A DNA stretch of 64,000 bases, taken from positions 1-64,000 of the forward strand of contig JAHEAD010000005.1 of the NCBI GenBank assembly GCA_019721075.1, written 5' to 3'. The notes beneath the pieces are model-generated. The model was given only the letters and a program-made list of their open reading frames with translations. It searched no databases and had not been told where the DNA came from. This DNA is from Candidatus Sysuiplasma jiujiangense. GTDB lineage: Archaea; Thermoplasmatota; Thermoplasmata; Sysuiplasmatales; Sysuiplasmataceae. The translations under genes and the position numbers were made by a program. Positions 28,870 to 38,931 of the stretch are shown one piece after another (positions within the stretch are counted from its first letter, which is position 1; every line of letters begins with the position of its first letter).

Positions 28870-29778
28870 TTGCCACTTAATCTCGACATCTCGTCGTTCA
28901 GGCACGGCACCGAATTGATAAAGAGAGGTTTTGCCAGCATGCAGAAGGGCGGCGTTATTATGGATGTCACGAATGCAGAGCAGGCGGCTATCGCAGAGGA
29001 AGCAGGCGCTGTGGCTGTAATGGCACTGGAAAGAGTTCCCGCAGACATCCGGGCCGCAGGCGGGGTCGCAAGGATGGCGGACCCTCTGAAGGTCCTGGAA
29101 ATCATCGACGCTGTAACAATTCCTGTAATGGCAAAGTGCAGGATAGGCCATGTCGCAGAAGCGCTTGTGCTGCAGTCGCTGGGTGTGGACATGATAGATG
29201 AAAGCGAAGTTCTAACGCCTGCCGATCCCTTCCACCATGTTGATAAGAAATCATTCACGGTACCTTTCGTCTGCGGAGCAAGAGATCTCGGTGAGGCGCT
29301 CAGGAGAATCAGCGAAGGTGCCGCCATGATCAGAACAAAGGGAGAACCCGGCACAGGCAACATAGTTGAAGCTGTCAGGCATCAGAAACTTGTTTTAGGC
29401 AAAATAAGGTCACTGAAGGGGATGTCGGAAGAGGAACTGCTGACTGTCTCCAGGGAGATGGATGCTCCATTTGAACTTGTCAGTGAAACAGCCAGACTGC
29501 AGAGACTGCCGGTGGTCAATTTCGCCGCTGGTGGCGTGGCATCGCCTGCAGACGCAGCGCTCATGATGCTCCTCGGCAGTGACGGCATATTTGTCGGCAG
29601 CGGTATTTTCAAGGCCAAGAACCCTGCAAGAATGGCAAAGGCAGTCGTTGAAGCCACTCTCCATTTTGACGATCCTTCCGTCGTTGCGGAGGTTTCCAAG
29701 GGTCTCGGGGAGTCGATGCACGGAGTCGAAATATCAGCACTTGCACAGGAACAGAGGATGCAGGAAAGAGGCTACTGA
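28870..29778 (+). CDS. pdxS: Pyridoxal 5'-phosphate synthase lyase subunit
   Basis: [36 protein letters not shown] and NFAAGG. SD AGGTGG before TTG. Confidence 0.97.
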   Translation: MPLNLDISSFRHGTELIKRGFASMQKGGVIMDVTNAEQAAIAEEAGAVAVMALERVPADIRAAGGVARMADPLKVLEIIDAVTIPVMAKCRIGHVAEALVLQSLGVDMIDESEVLTPADPFHHVDKKSFTVPFVCGARDLGEALRRISEGAAMIRTKGEPGTGNIVEAVRHQKLVLGKIRSLKGMSEEELLTVSREMDAPFELVSETARLQRLPVVNFAAGGVASPADAALMMLLGSDGIFVGSGIFKAKNPARMAKAVVEATLHFDDPSVVAEVSKGLGESMHGVEISALAQEQRMQERGY

Positions 29779-29823
29779 ACAGGCCGTGTTACAAGTTTTA
29801 ATGATTTCGGTCGATCCTAAATG

Positions 29824-30405
29824 TCATCTCTTGGGGCCGGGATGATAGGGAAGCAGCAGAGGAACTGCCGTTCTGTACTGCTCATACATTGCACCGTATT
29901 TGTGTCTCATCAGCGGCTCCTGAAGGATCCTGAGATACAGGAAATAGCTTGTTACAATTGCAGGCGTAATTATGAATATGGCGATTGCCGACTGGAGCAG
30001 CACTCCGAGTCCCACGAGTATGAGCATATAGCCGAAGCCCTTTGGATTCCTGGTGAGTGAATACGGCCCCTCAATAAGCAGCCTCTCCCCTGTTTTCATC
30101 TGTGTATATGAGAGTGCCCAGAATATCCACGAACCGCCGGCAAGAAAGAGGAATGAGAACAGTACAAAATTCCAGGGAAAGATATTGAAGTAGGTCCAGG
30201 TAAATGCCTGCCCCAGAACGGGAGTCGAGTAATCAACCAGCGCAACGTATCCGAACGGTACCAGCACTGCAACAATATAGACAAGAACCGCTTTTTCAAC
30301 CGAAGCCATGAATGAAACATGCGACCTTCCCCTCCCTGCATGCCATGCTGTCTCCTTTTTTGCGTTCAGCTTAATGGGAGTTCTGTCTGCCGTCTGTTTG
30401 AACAT
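29824..30405 (-). CDS. ICMT/PEMT-family membrane methyltransferase
   Basis: L..EGPY...RNP, E..M..KYG..YE.YR..VP and several TM segments. Start uncertain (30405 or 30309). Confidence 0.75.
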   Translation of the reverse strand: MFKQTADRTPIKLNAKKETAWHAGRGRSHVSFMASVEKAVLVYIVAVLVPFGYVALVDYSTPVLGQAFTWTYFNIFPWNFVLFSFLFLAGGSWIFWALSYTQMKTGERLLIEGPYSLTRNPKGFGYMLILVGLGVLLQSAIAIFIITPAIVTSYFLYLRILQEPLMRHKYGAMYEQYRTAVPLLLPYHPGPKR

Positions 30406-30593
30406 GCGTCATACCATCCGTCAGACAATATGCACAGAACGTTATAAAAACTTAATCTGTGGACCGGAAATTTCAATGGCTGCCGATTTCCAGTACCTCC
30501 TTGGTCCCGGATGTCGTACATCATCGAAAAAACCGGTCTCGGCAATGCAAAGACTGTTAAAGCAGTAAATATATCGGCTCCAAGGGATCAAAA

Positions 30594-31532
30594 ATGTCAG
30601 GCTCTATCGTGAACACCGTCTTCAGGGAAGCAGTACTCCAGTCCTCAAGCTCGCTTGGCGTATTTGCAGGCGGCATCGTAGTGCTGATCATTGTGCTGAT
30701 ATTCCTTGCCGCAATGATCAAGATCGTCAAGGAATATGAGCGAATTGTGAATTTCAGGCTCGGAAAAGCGCAGGCTGAAAAGGGACCGGGCATCGTCTTC
30801 ATCATACCCGGAGTGGACAGGCCGGTCCGAGTGGATCTCAGGGAGCGGTTCCTTCAGATTCCCCATCAGACCTGTATTACAAAGGATAATGCTCCAGTCG
30901 ATATCGATTTTATAATTTACTTCAAGGTGATAAGTGCTGCCGACTCGGTTATTCAGGTAAACAATTTTGAGGGCGCGGCGATGGGAATCGCCACAACAAC
31001 TCTCAGGGCCGTTATTGGCGATATAAACCTCGACGAAGTACTATCCAAGAGAGAGGAAATTAACGCGATACTCAGAACCAAACTCGACGAAGTCACAACC
31101 AGATGGGGCGTTAAAGTCACAAATGTCGAAATCAGGGAAATTCTACCCCCGAAGAACGTTTCAGACGCCATGATACTCCAGATGTCTGCAGAACGGAGCA
31201 GGCGTGCTGTTGTAACGGAGGCCGAGGGTAAGAAATCAGCTACAATCACGGTGGCCGAAGGGGACAGGCAGAGCGCCATCCTGAGAGCCGAGGGAGAGAA
31301 GCAGGCTGCGATACTCAGGGCGGAAGGCTACGCTCAGGCGCTGAGCACTGTATTCAGTGCGGCCAAAACAATTGACCAGAAAACGCTCACGCTCCAGTAT
31401 CTCGACACTCTCAAGGCGCTTGGAAGCAGTGCTGCGACAAAGTTCGTGCTTCCTGCTGAATTCACACAGCTTCTTTCACCGATAAAGGCCATGATCCGGG
31501 ATGCCGAGACGGAGGCAGGAAAGGTTGACTGA
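30594..31532 (+). CDS. SPFH / stomatin (band 7) family protein
   Basis: KEYER...FRLG, ITKDN.PV.ID, TTLR.VIG, WGVKV..VEI and AER.RRA.V.EAEG. Confidence 0.93.
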   Translation: MSGSIVNTVFREAVLQSSSSLGVFAGGIVVLIIVLIFLAAMIKIVKEYERIVNFRLGKAQAEKGPGIVFIIPGVDRPVRVDLRERFLQIPHQTCITKDNAPVDIDFIIYFKVISAADSVIQVNNFEGAAMGIATTTLRAVIGDINLDEVLSKREEINAILRTKLDEVTTRWGVKVTNVEIREILPPKNVSDAMILQMSAERSRRAVVTEAEGKKSATITVAEGDRQSAILRAEGEKQAAILRAEGYAQALSTVFSAAKTIDQKTLTLQYLDTLKALGSSAATKFVLPAEFTQLLSPIKAMIRDAETEAGKVD

Positions 31533-31956
31533 TGGGGCGCCTCAGAAAAAGGAAAATATTGTAGACAGACTGTTCCTTTTTGGCATACGCCCGTTCATGA
31601 TTGTCATGGCGCTTCTCATAGGCGGGCTGTATTTCCTGATCTCTGGCGCACTGGGTTCGGGCATTTCTTCGCTTTTTACAGGCGCAGTACTTTTGCTGCT
31701 GGGCATAGGGCTGGCATACGGTTTCAAAACAACCGGAACGAGGAAGATAACTAAAAAGTATTACAACAAGGACACTAAAACCGGCAGACAGGGAAAAGCC
31801 AAGAGTGGGTTCGGACCGGGTGAAAAGGGCGTTGTCGACGTGGACAACGAATTGTGGACTGCGGTTTCAGCGGAGAAGATACTTGCTGACGATGAAATAA
31901 CAGTCATTTCGATAGAACCGGACAACGTTACACTGAGAGTGGGGAAAAGGAAATAA
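31525..31956 (+). CDS. Short NfeD-family membrane protein (TM plus OB fold)
   Basis: Two TM helices, then G..G.V.V..ELW.A.S OB-fold motif. TTG 31525 overlaps the SPFH gene end. Confidence 0.8.
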   Translation: MTDGAPQKKENIVDRLFLFGIRPFMIVMALLIGGLYFLISGALGSGISSLFTGAVLLLLGIGLAYGFKTTGTRKITKKYYNKDTKTGRQGKAKSGFGPGEKGVVDVDNELWTAVSAEKILADDEITVISIEPDNVTLRVGKRK

Positions 31957-32029
31957 CTACCGTAAAAGGCGTTCTTCCAATACATTATTCCGGTATTCCG
32001 CCCGTAAGGGCTGAAACCTGCGAGAGGAA

Positions 32030-33385
32030 CTATCTGCCGGTTTCCTGCTCTTCTGATGGTCCGGAATCTTCGATCTTCTCAACTTTGATCCTGCCCTCCC
32101 CGTATTCGATGACTCTCACCCTTGAATTCTTAGGTACAGGTTTATCTGAATAGCAGGTCCAGTCTTCAGATCGCACATTGCATACGCCATCTTCTCCCGG
32201 CACGAGATCGGTTGTCGACCAGCCTGTCGCACCGACCACCCTGTGCGGTCCCACCAGCATCGGGCTGTTCATAAGCGCCTTCCTCACCTTTGAGATATAG
32301 ACCGCACCGATTATCAGGAAGCCGGCAATGAATCCCATCAGCAGGTATTCCAGAAGACCAAACGGTGATGGGGAATAGCCTGCGGGGAGATGATTTGAGT
32401 AGCCGATGCTGTTCCCTGCAAGCAGCCAGGTGCCGAGAAGGCCCAGGAGTATGCCCGAGGTTGCAAAGAGGCCATGTCCCGCCTTCACCTCTATAAATAT
32501 CAGGACCGCGGCGGCTGCAAGCACCAGTATTGCCACTACGGGCGCTCCTATGACCTCGGCTCCCAGCAGACCGAGGGCAATCATGATTGCCCCAAAAAAA
32601 GTGAGAAACAGTGTTCTATGGAACAAATCTATGAAAATAGCCACCGCACCCACTATGAAGAACAAGCCATCAAGAGTTGCATTGCTGACAGTGCTCAGGA
32701 AAACATCGAAAAGCGGTTCCTGCAGGTTGTCGACATACGCTCCGCTCAGACCAACAGCCGAAAGAAACTGATCGAAAGTCTGTGCTTTCCCCGTAATGAG
32801 CTTTACAGCTGCTGCGGTTGTCGAGTTGTATGCAACATTGCTTCTCGCCATGTTTTCCGCGGCGCTTACATTATAACCGTTGCGTGTGGCAAGTGCTCCT
32901 ATGTAGGCTACCGAAAAATTTACCACATGCGCTTCTTCCGAAGATGTGCCACCTATTATGTATGGTGTCGACGGTCCGATTACGGATCCGTTTCCCATGT
33001 AAATTGCGTTTGTAGCGAGAGCTATGTAACTTCCCGCGGATGCCGCTGCCCCGTCAGGCGGAACGAATGTGAACACTTTCAGGCCGTGGTTTTGCACGTT
33101 TTGAATAGACGACACAATGCTCAGCATGTCCTCTAGCAGCCCTCCGGGCGTATTCATCACGATTATCATGTCCTCATGATTTGCTATGGCAAAGGACGAA
33201 ACGCTCTGGACATAGTTCGAAGCTCCCTGATCGACACCGATGTCAAAATTTACAACTGCCACCAGAGGGGCCTTCGCAGCATCCGGATGAGGCTGAATTA
33301 TTTGTGCATCGACAACCTGCGCTGTGCTGAGTATGACTGCAAAAACGACAAGGATTACTGCCACACCGTATCTGTATGAAGACAT
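32030..33385 (-). CDS. Long NfeD (ClpP-class protease domain, TM region, OB fold)
   Basis: NTPGG, AASAG.YI, M..GS.IG, multiple TM helices and a C-terminal EDW OB fold. Confidence 0.88.
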   Translation of the reverse strand: MSSYRYGVAVILVVFAVILSTAQVVDAQIIQPHPDAAKAPLVAVVNFDIGVDQGASNYVQSVSSFAIANHEDMIIVMNTPGGLLEDMLSIVSSIQNVQNHGLKVFTFVPPDGAAASAGSYIALATNAIYMGNGSVIGPSTPYIIGGTSSEEAHVVNFSVAYIGALATRNGYNVSAAENMARSNVAYNSTTAAAVKLITGKAQTFDQFLSAVGLSGAYVDNLQEPLFDVFLSTVSNATLDGLFFIVGAVAIFIDLFHRTLFLTFFGAIMIALGLLGAEVIGAPVVAILVLAAAAVLIFIEVKAGHGLFATSGILLGLLGTWLLAGNSIGYSNHLPAGYSPSPFGLLEYLLMGFIAGFLIIGAVYISKVRKALMNSPMLVGPHRVVGATGWSTTDLVPGEDGVCNVRSEDWTCYSDKPVPKNSRVRVIEYGEGRIKVEKIEDSGPSEEQETGR

Positions 33386-33549
33386 CAGTTGCGAATATAG
33401 CTCAATACGGCATTAAATCTATTGATTGTCATCAGCAGAATTACCGTTCAGGCGTCTGTTATGCACGTTAAAGAGCGTATTTCAGGATTCTCATTCATGA
33501 AACCTGTCGGATAAGTAATATAAACCGACTGACAACTTGAATTCTGGTA

Positions 33550-34266
33550 TTGGAGTTGGAGCAGAGATCGCGCAATATTGCGAGAGGCGAAAATTTGTCA
33601 TCTGAACGCACGTTTCCGTTCTTCAGGGGCGGAGATTCGGAAGTAATGAAAATACTTTCCGGCAACAGGAAGAGGATACTTCAGACTCTTTATGTTTTGC
33701 CGGCGTCAAGCGTGTCCAGAATTTCGAGAGAGGTCGGGCTTACCCCCAACACCGTCAAATGGCATCTCAACGCCCTCAAGAGGGCCGAGTTCATAAACGA
33801 AGACCGTGTTGACAATAAAGCGGTTTTCTACCCAAGCAACTATCTCGACCAGTCGGAAATACTCCTGCTCACTGTCCTGAGTGATGAAAGCTCCAGCAGA
33901 ATATTCAGGGAAGTCTACGACAACCCCGGTCTTACGCAGAAGGAGATAAAAAATGCACTCGGGCTCACCCAGAACACAACAGGCTATTTTCTCAGAAAGC
34001 TCACACACATCGGTGCAATTGACGAAGTACAGAACGGTAAATTCAAACATTATTATCCCTCAAAGAATGTAATAAAGAGATTTGAAGAAAGGAAATCAAG
34101 GTCACATGAACTTGCAAATACGCTGATACTCAGGCTGAAATCCAGCGGCATAGAAATCACGGACATAGTGGTGACCGACATCTCATTCAATTTCAGAGTT
34201 CAGCAGAGGCATGGCACAGAACTGGTGGAGTTCCAGTCCAATCCTTTCATGCATCTGCTCGGCTGA
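33550..34266 (+). CDS. Double winged-HTH transcriptional regulator
   Basis: Two wHTH units (ISREVGLTPNTVKWHL; NPGLTQKEIK.ALGL). Confidence 0.8.
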   Translation: MELEQRSRNIARGENLSSERTFPFFRGGDSEVMKILSGNRKRILQTLYVLPASSVSRISREVGLTPNTVKWHLNALKRAEFINEDRVDNKAVFYPSNYLDQSEILLLTVLSDESSSRIFREVYDNPGLTQKEIKNALGLTQNTTGYFLRKLTHIGAIDEVQNGKFKHYYPSKNVIKRFEERKSRSHELANTLILRLKSSGIEITDIVVTDISFNFRVQQRHGTELVEFQSNPFMHLLG

Positions 34267-34344
34267 CTGGTTTATGCCTGCAGGAACGTTTTTAGCCTGA
34301 TTCCTGAGGAATGAAGATTTAAATTGCCACGCTGATACGTCTCT

Positions 34345-35337
34345 ATGAAATATCTGCATCTTCATGGACTGGAAGTCTCACAGCTCTGCCTGGGTACATG
34401 GCATCTGCCTCCTTCAACGAAGCAATACACTGACGGCATTCACAGGGTCGACAGGCAGGAGACTGAACGCATTGTCAAGAAGGCGGTGGACCTAGGAATC
34501 AGTTTCTTCGACACGGCCAACACATACCACGGCACTATAAGCGAAACCCATCTTCATCCGGAGCATTCGGGAAATGCTGAAAGAATCCTGGGATCCTGCC
34601 TGTCCGGATATGAGCGTGAATCGATAGTGATCGCGACCAAGGTAAGAGCGGAGGTTGCCAAGTTCCCGAATGGCGGAGGTCTTTCGAGAAAGCATATTTC
34701 ATGGCAGATCAGGGAAAGCCTGAAGCGGTTGAAAACCAAATATGTGGATCTGTACCAGATACACTGGGAAGATGAACTCACGCCGCCGGAAGAGACGATG
34801 GGTATTCTAAACGACATTGTGCACAATGGTTTTGTTCATTACATAGGTGTGAGCAATCACTCTGCTGAAATGATGACGAGGATGCAAGAGATATCGTTAA
34901 GCAGGGGATACGAGCAGTTTATTACAATGCAGGAACCGTACAATATTGCTGAGAGAAAAGTTGAGTACGATAAGATAGCCGTGGCGAGAAAGTACAGGAT
35001 GGATATGCTTGCATATGTCCCTCTCGCTCAGGGAATACTCTCGGGTAAGTATCTTGAGGGTGTCCCCACAGGTTCCAGGGCCTCGTATATAGACGGGCTC
35101 AGGTCTGACGCACGCAGGCTAGAGGGCCTTGCAGCCCGTGTAGCGAGCACGGCCAAAGATCTGCAGATCACCCCTTCGCAGCTCTCCCTGGCGTGGATTC
35201 TGAGGATGCAGAAGGAGCTAGGCATTGCAATCGTTCCAATAATTGGAGCCACAAGCGTCAGACATCTTGAGGAGAACTGTGAGGCGGTGAATGTGAATTT
35301 GCCGGATGATGTATTCAGGGACCTGCTTGAAACTTGA
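34345..35337 (+). CDS. Aldo/keto reductase
   Basis: LCLGT, FFDTAN.Y, IATKV, DLYQIH, YIGVSN, Y.PLAQG.LSGKY and PIIGA motifs. Confidence 0.93.
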   Translation: MKYLHLHGLEVSQLCLGTWHLPPSTKQYTDGIHRVDRQETERIVKKAVDLGISFFDTANTYHGTISETHLHPEHSGNAERILGSCLSGYERESIVIATKVRAEVAKFPNGGGLSRKHISWQIRESLKRLKTKYVDLYQIHWEDELTPPEETMGILNDIVHNGFVHYIGVSNHSAEMMTRMQEISLSRGYEQFITMQEPYNIAERKVEYDKIAVARKYRMDMLAYVPLAQGILSGKYLEGVPTGSRASYIDGLRSDARRLEGLAARVASTAKDLQITPSQLSLAWILRMQKELGIAIVPIIGATSVRHLEENCEAVNVNLPDDVFRDLLET

Positions 35338-35338
35338 T

Positions 35339-36268
35339 TCAGGCAAGACATCTCTCGGTTATTGAAAATATTTTCTCATCGGCGTCTATCCTCGCCATGG
35401 CGCCCACCGGCAGAACTGTTGTCCGGCATTCATGTCCGAAGTCGTTTATTTTCAGTATCGGGAAGTCATAACTCCGGCTTACATCAAGCAGTATGTCCTC
35501 CATCTGACGTACGGGAAATGGCGAGTTCTGCAGGCTGTGGACATATCCGACGACAGCGCCGGAGATTTCTTCGAAAATACCCATCTGTTCCAGCTGATGG
35601 AACATATAGTCACAATCGTCCGGTCCGACTGTATATCCCTCCATGAATAAAATGGAATTCCTGCAGTCCGGCCAGTAGGGTGTCCCGGCAAGCTTCAGCA
35701 GGCACATTATGTTGCCCCCCACCAGTTTACCTGAGGCACTTCCGCTCCTCACTGTTTTCCTTTCACCTGAGGGATTGACCTCTCCTGTCATCCCATCGAT
35801 AAGCCTCAGCCTGAATTCGTTCAGATCGTATTCAGACGGCTTCCAGCCGAGTCCCCAGGCAACATCGTGCCCGTGGAAAGTCACGAGCCCCGTCTTACTG
35901 TTAATGGAGTTGAGAATGACTGAAATGTCGCTGAAGCCCTGGAAGATCTTTGGATTTTTTCTTATTGTATCCCAGTCGAGATGAGGCAGGCAGCTGTTCG
36001 CAGTTCCGCCTCCCTGCGAGCAGAGTATGGCACTGACATTCCTGTCGGCAAACATCTCATTGATGTCTTCGGCCTTCTCCACCGGTTCACCGGCCAGATA
36101 ACCGTTCACTTTCATTGCATTCCTTCCCAGCACCACCTCGAAGCCCATGTCGTTGAGGATGGCAATCCCATTGTTCAGTCTTGCCACCAGCTCGTTGCTG
36201 TTCAGCGGGGCGGAAGGCGTGACAACTCCAATCCTGTCCCCTTTCTTTAGTCTCTTCGGAATTATCAT
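35339..36268 (-). CDS. S66 peptidase (LD-carboxypeptidase / MccF family)
   Basis: P.RLK.GD.IGVV.PS, GGG, GFSD (Ser), GGN, FME (Glu) and FGH (His). ATG 36268 preferred. Confidence 0.9.
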   Translation of the reverse strand: MIIPKRLKKGDRIGVVTPSAPLNSNELVARLNNGIAILNDMGFEVVLGRNAMKVNGYLAGEPVEKAEDINEMFADRNVSAILCSQGGGTANSCLPHLDWDTIRKNPKIFQGFSDISVILNSINSKTGLVTFHGHDVAWGLGWKPSEYDLNEFRLRLIDGMTGEVNPSGERKTVRSGSASGKLVGGNIMCLLKLAGTPYWPDCRNSILFMEGYTVGPDDCDYMFHQLEQMGIFEEISGAVVGYVHSLQNSPFPVRQMEDILLDVSRSYDFPILKINDFGHECRTTVLPVGAMARIDADEKIFSITERCLA

Positions 36269-36328
36269 TGTAATGCAATCACATCCATGATAAAAATGGT
36301 TATGCATCTGCCCTGACCGGTAACGGAT

Positions 36329-37273
36329 TCAAATGTTCTTTCCCACACCAAGTTCGGTCGCCTTTTCATACGCGATCCTGGCAGCAGCCAGATCCTCTGC
36401 TGCAACACCCAGTGATTTAAAAAGAGTTCTTCCGGAACGGGCATTCCGGCGTCTTATGGCAGTACCGGCAAGAAGGTCGCTGAGTTCAGTAACCTCATCC
36501 CACTGGAGGTCTCCTGAGGCAACCGCGGCAATAAGTTCCCCGCTTTCCTTCATTGCCTGCGCCTTCAAGTCGGAGACAACTGTTACGCAGGAGCAAACTG
36601 TTTCAGGATCTATTTCCACCATCTGAGGTTTGTAGCCTCCCACAGCATTGATATGGCAGTCCTCTTTCACTGATCCGGCATTAATCACCGGAGTCGATGA
36701 TGTGGTGACACACGTCACTATGTCCGCGTCAGCAAACGAGGGATAAACGGCCCTTACTCCATCGACCCTTATATCATGGATTGAGTGAATATCCTCCATG
36801 AAGCTATGCATCCTCCTTTCATCCCTTCCATGCACGATTATTCTCTCGATGTTCCTGACGGCAACCACCGCATCAACCTGTGCGCGCGCCTGGTAACCTG
36901 TGCCAATGCAGCCAAATACCTTTGCATTGCGCCGGGACAGAAGATCTGTCGCCAGCCCCGAAGCGGCCCCTGTTCTCATCTGCCCCAGTTTCCCTGCCTG
37001 CATCACCGCAACGGGTTCCGGGTTGCGCGTGGAAAAGAGCGTGAGCATGAATGACATTTGCTCTCCAGAGCTGTAAAATGACTTTACAGCCGCCAGCTCC
37101 CACTCGTTTGAAATTGCTCCCATTATGCTCAGCACGCCTCCACACTCGATATTCGTGCGCGGAACCAGATGCGCTCTCCCTTTTCCCACCTGTGTGAAGA
37201 CTTCCCTTAGGGAGGCAATCGTCTCCTCCATTGTGACAAGCCTGGTGACATCGCTGTCTGTCAGATATAGCAC
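36329..37273 (-). CDS. Ornithine cyclodeaminase / mu-crystallin / archaeal alanine dehydrogenase family
   Basis: RTGAASG, IGTG.QA, HINAVG and FKS.G.A.ED.AAA motifs. Confidence 0.9.
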   Translation of the reverse strand: MLYLTDSDVTRLVTMEETIASLREVFTQVGKGRAHLVPRTNIECGGVLSIMGAISNEWELAAVKSFYSSGEQMSFMLTLFSTRNPEPVAVMQAGKLGQMRTGAASGLATDLLSRRNAKVFGCIGTGYQARAQVDAVVAVRNIERIIVHGRDERRMHSFMEDIHSIHDIRVDGVRAVYPSFADADIVTCVTTSSTPVINAGSVKEDCHINAVGGYKPQMVEIDPETVCSCVTVVSDLKAQAMKESGELIAAVASGDLQWDEVTELSDLLAGTAIRRRNARSGRTLFKSLGVAAEDLAAARIAYEKATELGVGKNI

Positions 37274-37306
37274 GCCGAAATCCCCCGGCTTATGAACGGC
37301 ACCGGA

Positions 37307-38890
37307 TTATTCTGTGCCGGGCACTGCCTCCGACGTATATTTCGGCGTATCGAATTTGCTGGAGAGACCCGACAGCACTCCCCAGGGATAAAATATGGCA
37401 ACAGACACGATCACAACGACAAGAGATGACTGATAGAAATTCAGTATGCTCAGCGCACCGGTGCTACCGATATATGTCATTGCAAGAAGGAAAGCAATGT
37501 ATGCAATGTACCACAGCGAGTTCATGATATTCTCTCGGACTCTGAATGCGATCGCGAATACAACAACACCGATGAGAAGCAGCAGGACGGAATATGATAC
37601 ATAGAGCCATCCGCTCCAGTAAACTATAAGGGAAGCGGCTACAAATGCAACTGGTGCAATCACACTTCCCAGCGGCAGCATTTCCTTGGTCATTCCCTGT
37701 CTGCGGGAAACTGTCATTGCTACGGGATTGGCTGAAAAACCTATATAACCGGCCACAACGGAATCTGTAATAAGACCGTATATATTCGGGAGAGGTGCGG
37801 CCACGAACGCAACGACCGCCCCAACGATCGCAAGCGCAATGAGGGAGACATAAGGTATGGAATAGGTTTCACTCAGCCCTTTCATGGATCTCGATGCTAC
37901 TCCTGATCTGCCCATTGCGAAGAGCACCCTTGAACCGCCGCCAAGGTAGATATAGCCGACCACAAACGGACCTATTATGCCTATGATCAGCGTCAGTATA
38001 AGCAGCCAGCCGACATTGTAGCTGTCCGCTATTGCGATGAACGGATTCCCGCTGATCGCTCCGACAGACGCCCAGTTGCCCGATACAAGACCAAGCTTTG
38101 ACCAGTTTATTCCTGTCACGAAAACAAAGTCATAGAGGAGATATATCAGCAGCTGACCTATGACAACAATCACAATTGCCGCAGGCAGCTTTTTTCTGCT
38201 CTTCGTCTCCTCGGCATAATCCGGGAGGACTCTTATCCCGCCGAATGCAAACATCGCCAGCGGTATGGCCAGGAAAACGCCGGACATGCCGAACGGTATG
38301 AAGCCGTGATATGAGGTCAGGTTTCCCGAATCGAAGAAAACAAAGACAAGGCCGAAGGCAACGGCGAGATAGAGAACGAGTTTCACAATGCCTATTGCCA
38401 CGGTTGACCGGCCGAAGGCCTTCACGCCGAAGTAGTTGAAGGGTATGAACACAAGCATGAGCGCAACGCCAAGTGCAGCGCCGCCGAAAGTCGGAAGACC
38501 CTTGACAATGAGTCCCTTTACAAAAGCACTCAAACCCTCGACGACGGCAAGAGCCTCAACAGGTGGTATAAATATGTACCACAGGAGGTCTGAGAAAGCG
38601 TTGATGAGATTCGTCATCCTTCCATGCGTGTACAGGGAATATCTCGACGGTCCTCCAGCTTCAGGATATAGCGATGAAAGCTCTACATAGGTCAGTCCTA
38701 TGAATAGGTAGAATATGCCGCCTATGAGCCAGGCGAGTATGCTGCCCGGTCCTGCAATCCCTGTCATGCCCGCTGTGCTGAACAGTATTCCGGTTCCTAT
38801 TGCACCGACAACACCTATTATGACGAGGTCGAAAAAGCTGAGCTCCTTTTTTAAATAGCGGTCCCCCTGCATGAAAGGGGAGATCGGCAA
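37307..38890 (-). CDS. APC-family amino acid permease
   Basis: G.IGTGILF, ELSS.YPEAGG..RY, FAFGG and AEETK motifs; many TM helices. Confidence 0.92.
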   Translation of the reverse strand: MPISPFMQGDRYLKKELSFFDLVIIGVVGAIGTGILFSTAGMTGIAGPGSILAWLIGGIFYLFIGLTYVELSSLYPEAGGPSRYSLYTHGRMTNLINAFSDLLWYIFIPPVEALAVVEGLSAFVKGLIVKGLPTFGGAALGVALMLVFIPFNYFGVKAFGRSTVAIGIVKLVLYLAVAFGLVFVFFDSGNLTSYHGFIPFGMSGVFLAIPLAMFAFGGIRVLPDYAEETKSRKKLPAAIVIVVIGQLLIYLLYDFVFVTGINWSKLGLVSGNWASVGAISGNPFIAIADSYNVGWLLILTLIIGIIGPFVVGYIYLGGGSRVLFAMGRSGVASRSMKGLSETYSIPYVSLIALAIVGAVVAFVAAPLPNIYGLITDSVVAGYIGFSANPVAMTVSRRQGMTKEMLPLGSVIAPVAFVAASLIVYWSGWLYVSYSVLLLLIGVVVFAIAFRVRENIMNSLWYIAYIAFLLAMTYIGSTGALSILNFYQSSLVVVIVSVAIFYPWGVLSGLSSKFDTPKYTSEAVPGTE

Positions 38891-38931
38891 CGGAGTATTT
38901 CAATGGTGCTGTCCATTACGCTTCTCCCGTT

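Noticed and set aside
32000..32017. GCCC-GTAA-GGGC-TGAAAC resembles hammerhead stem II plus GAAA
   Set aside because: There is no upstream CUGAnGA core. More likely a small hairpin between convergent genes.
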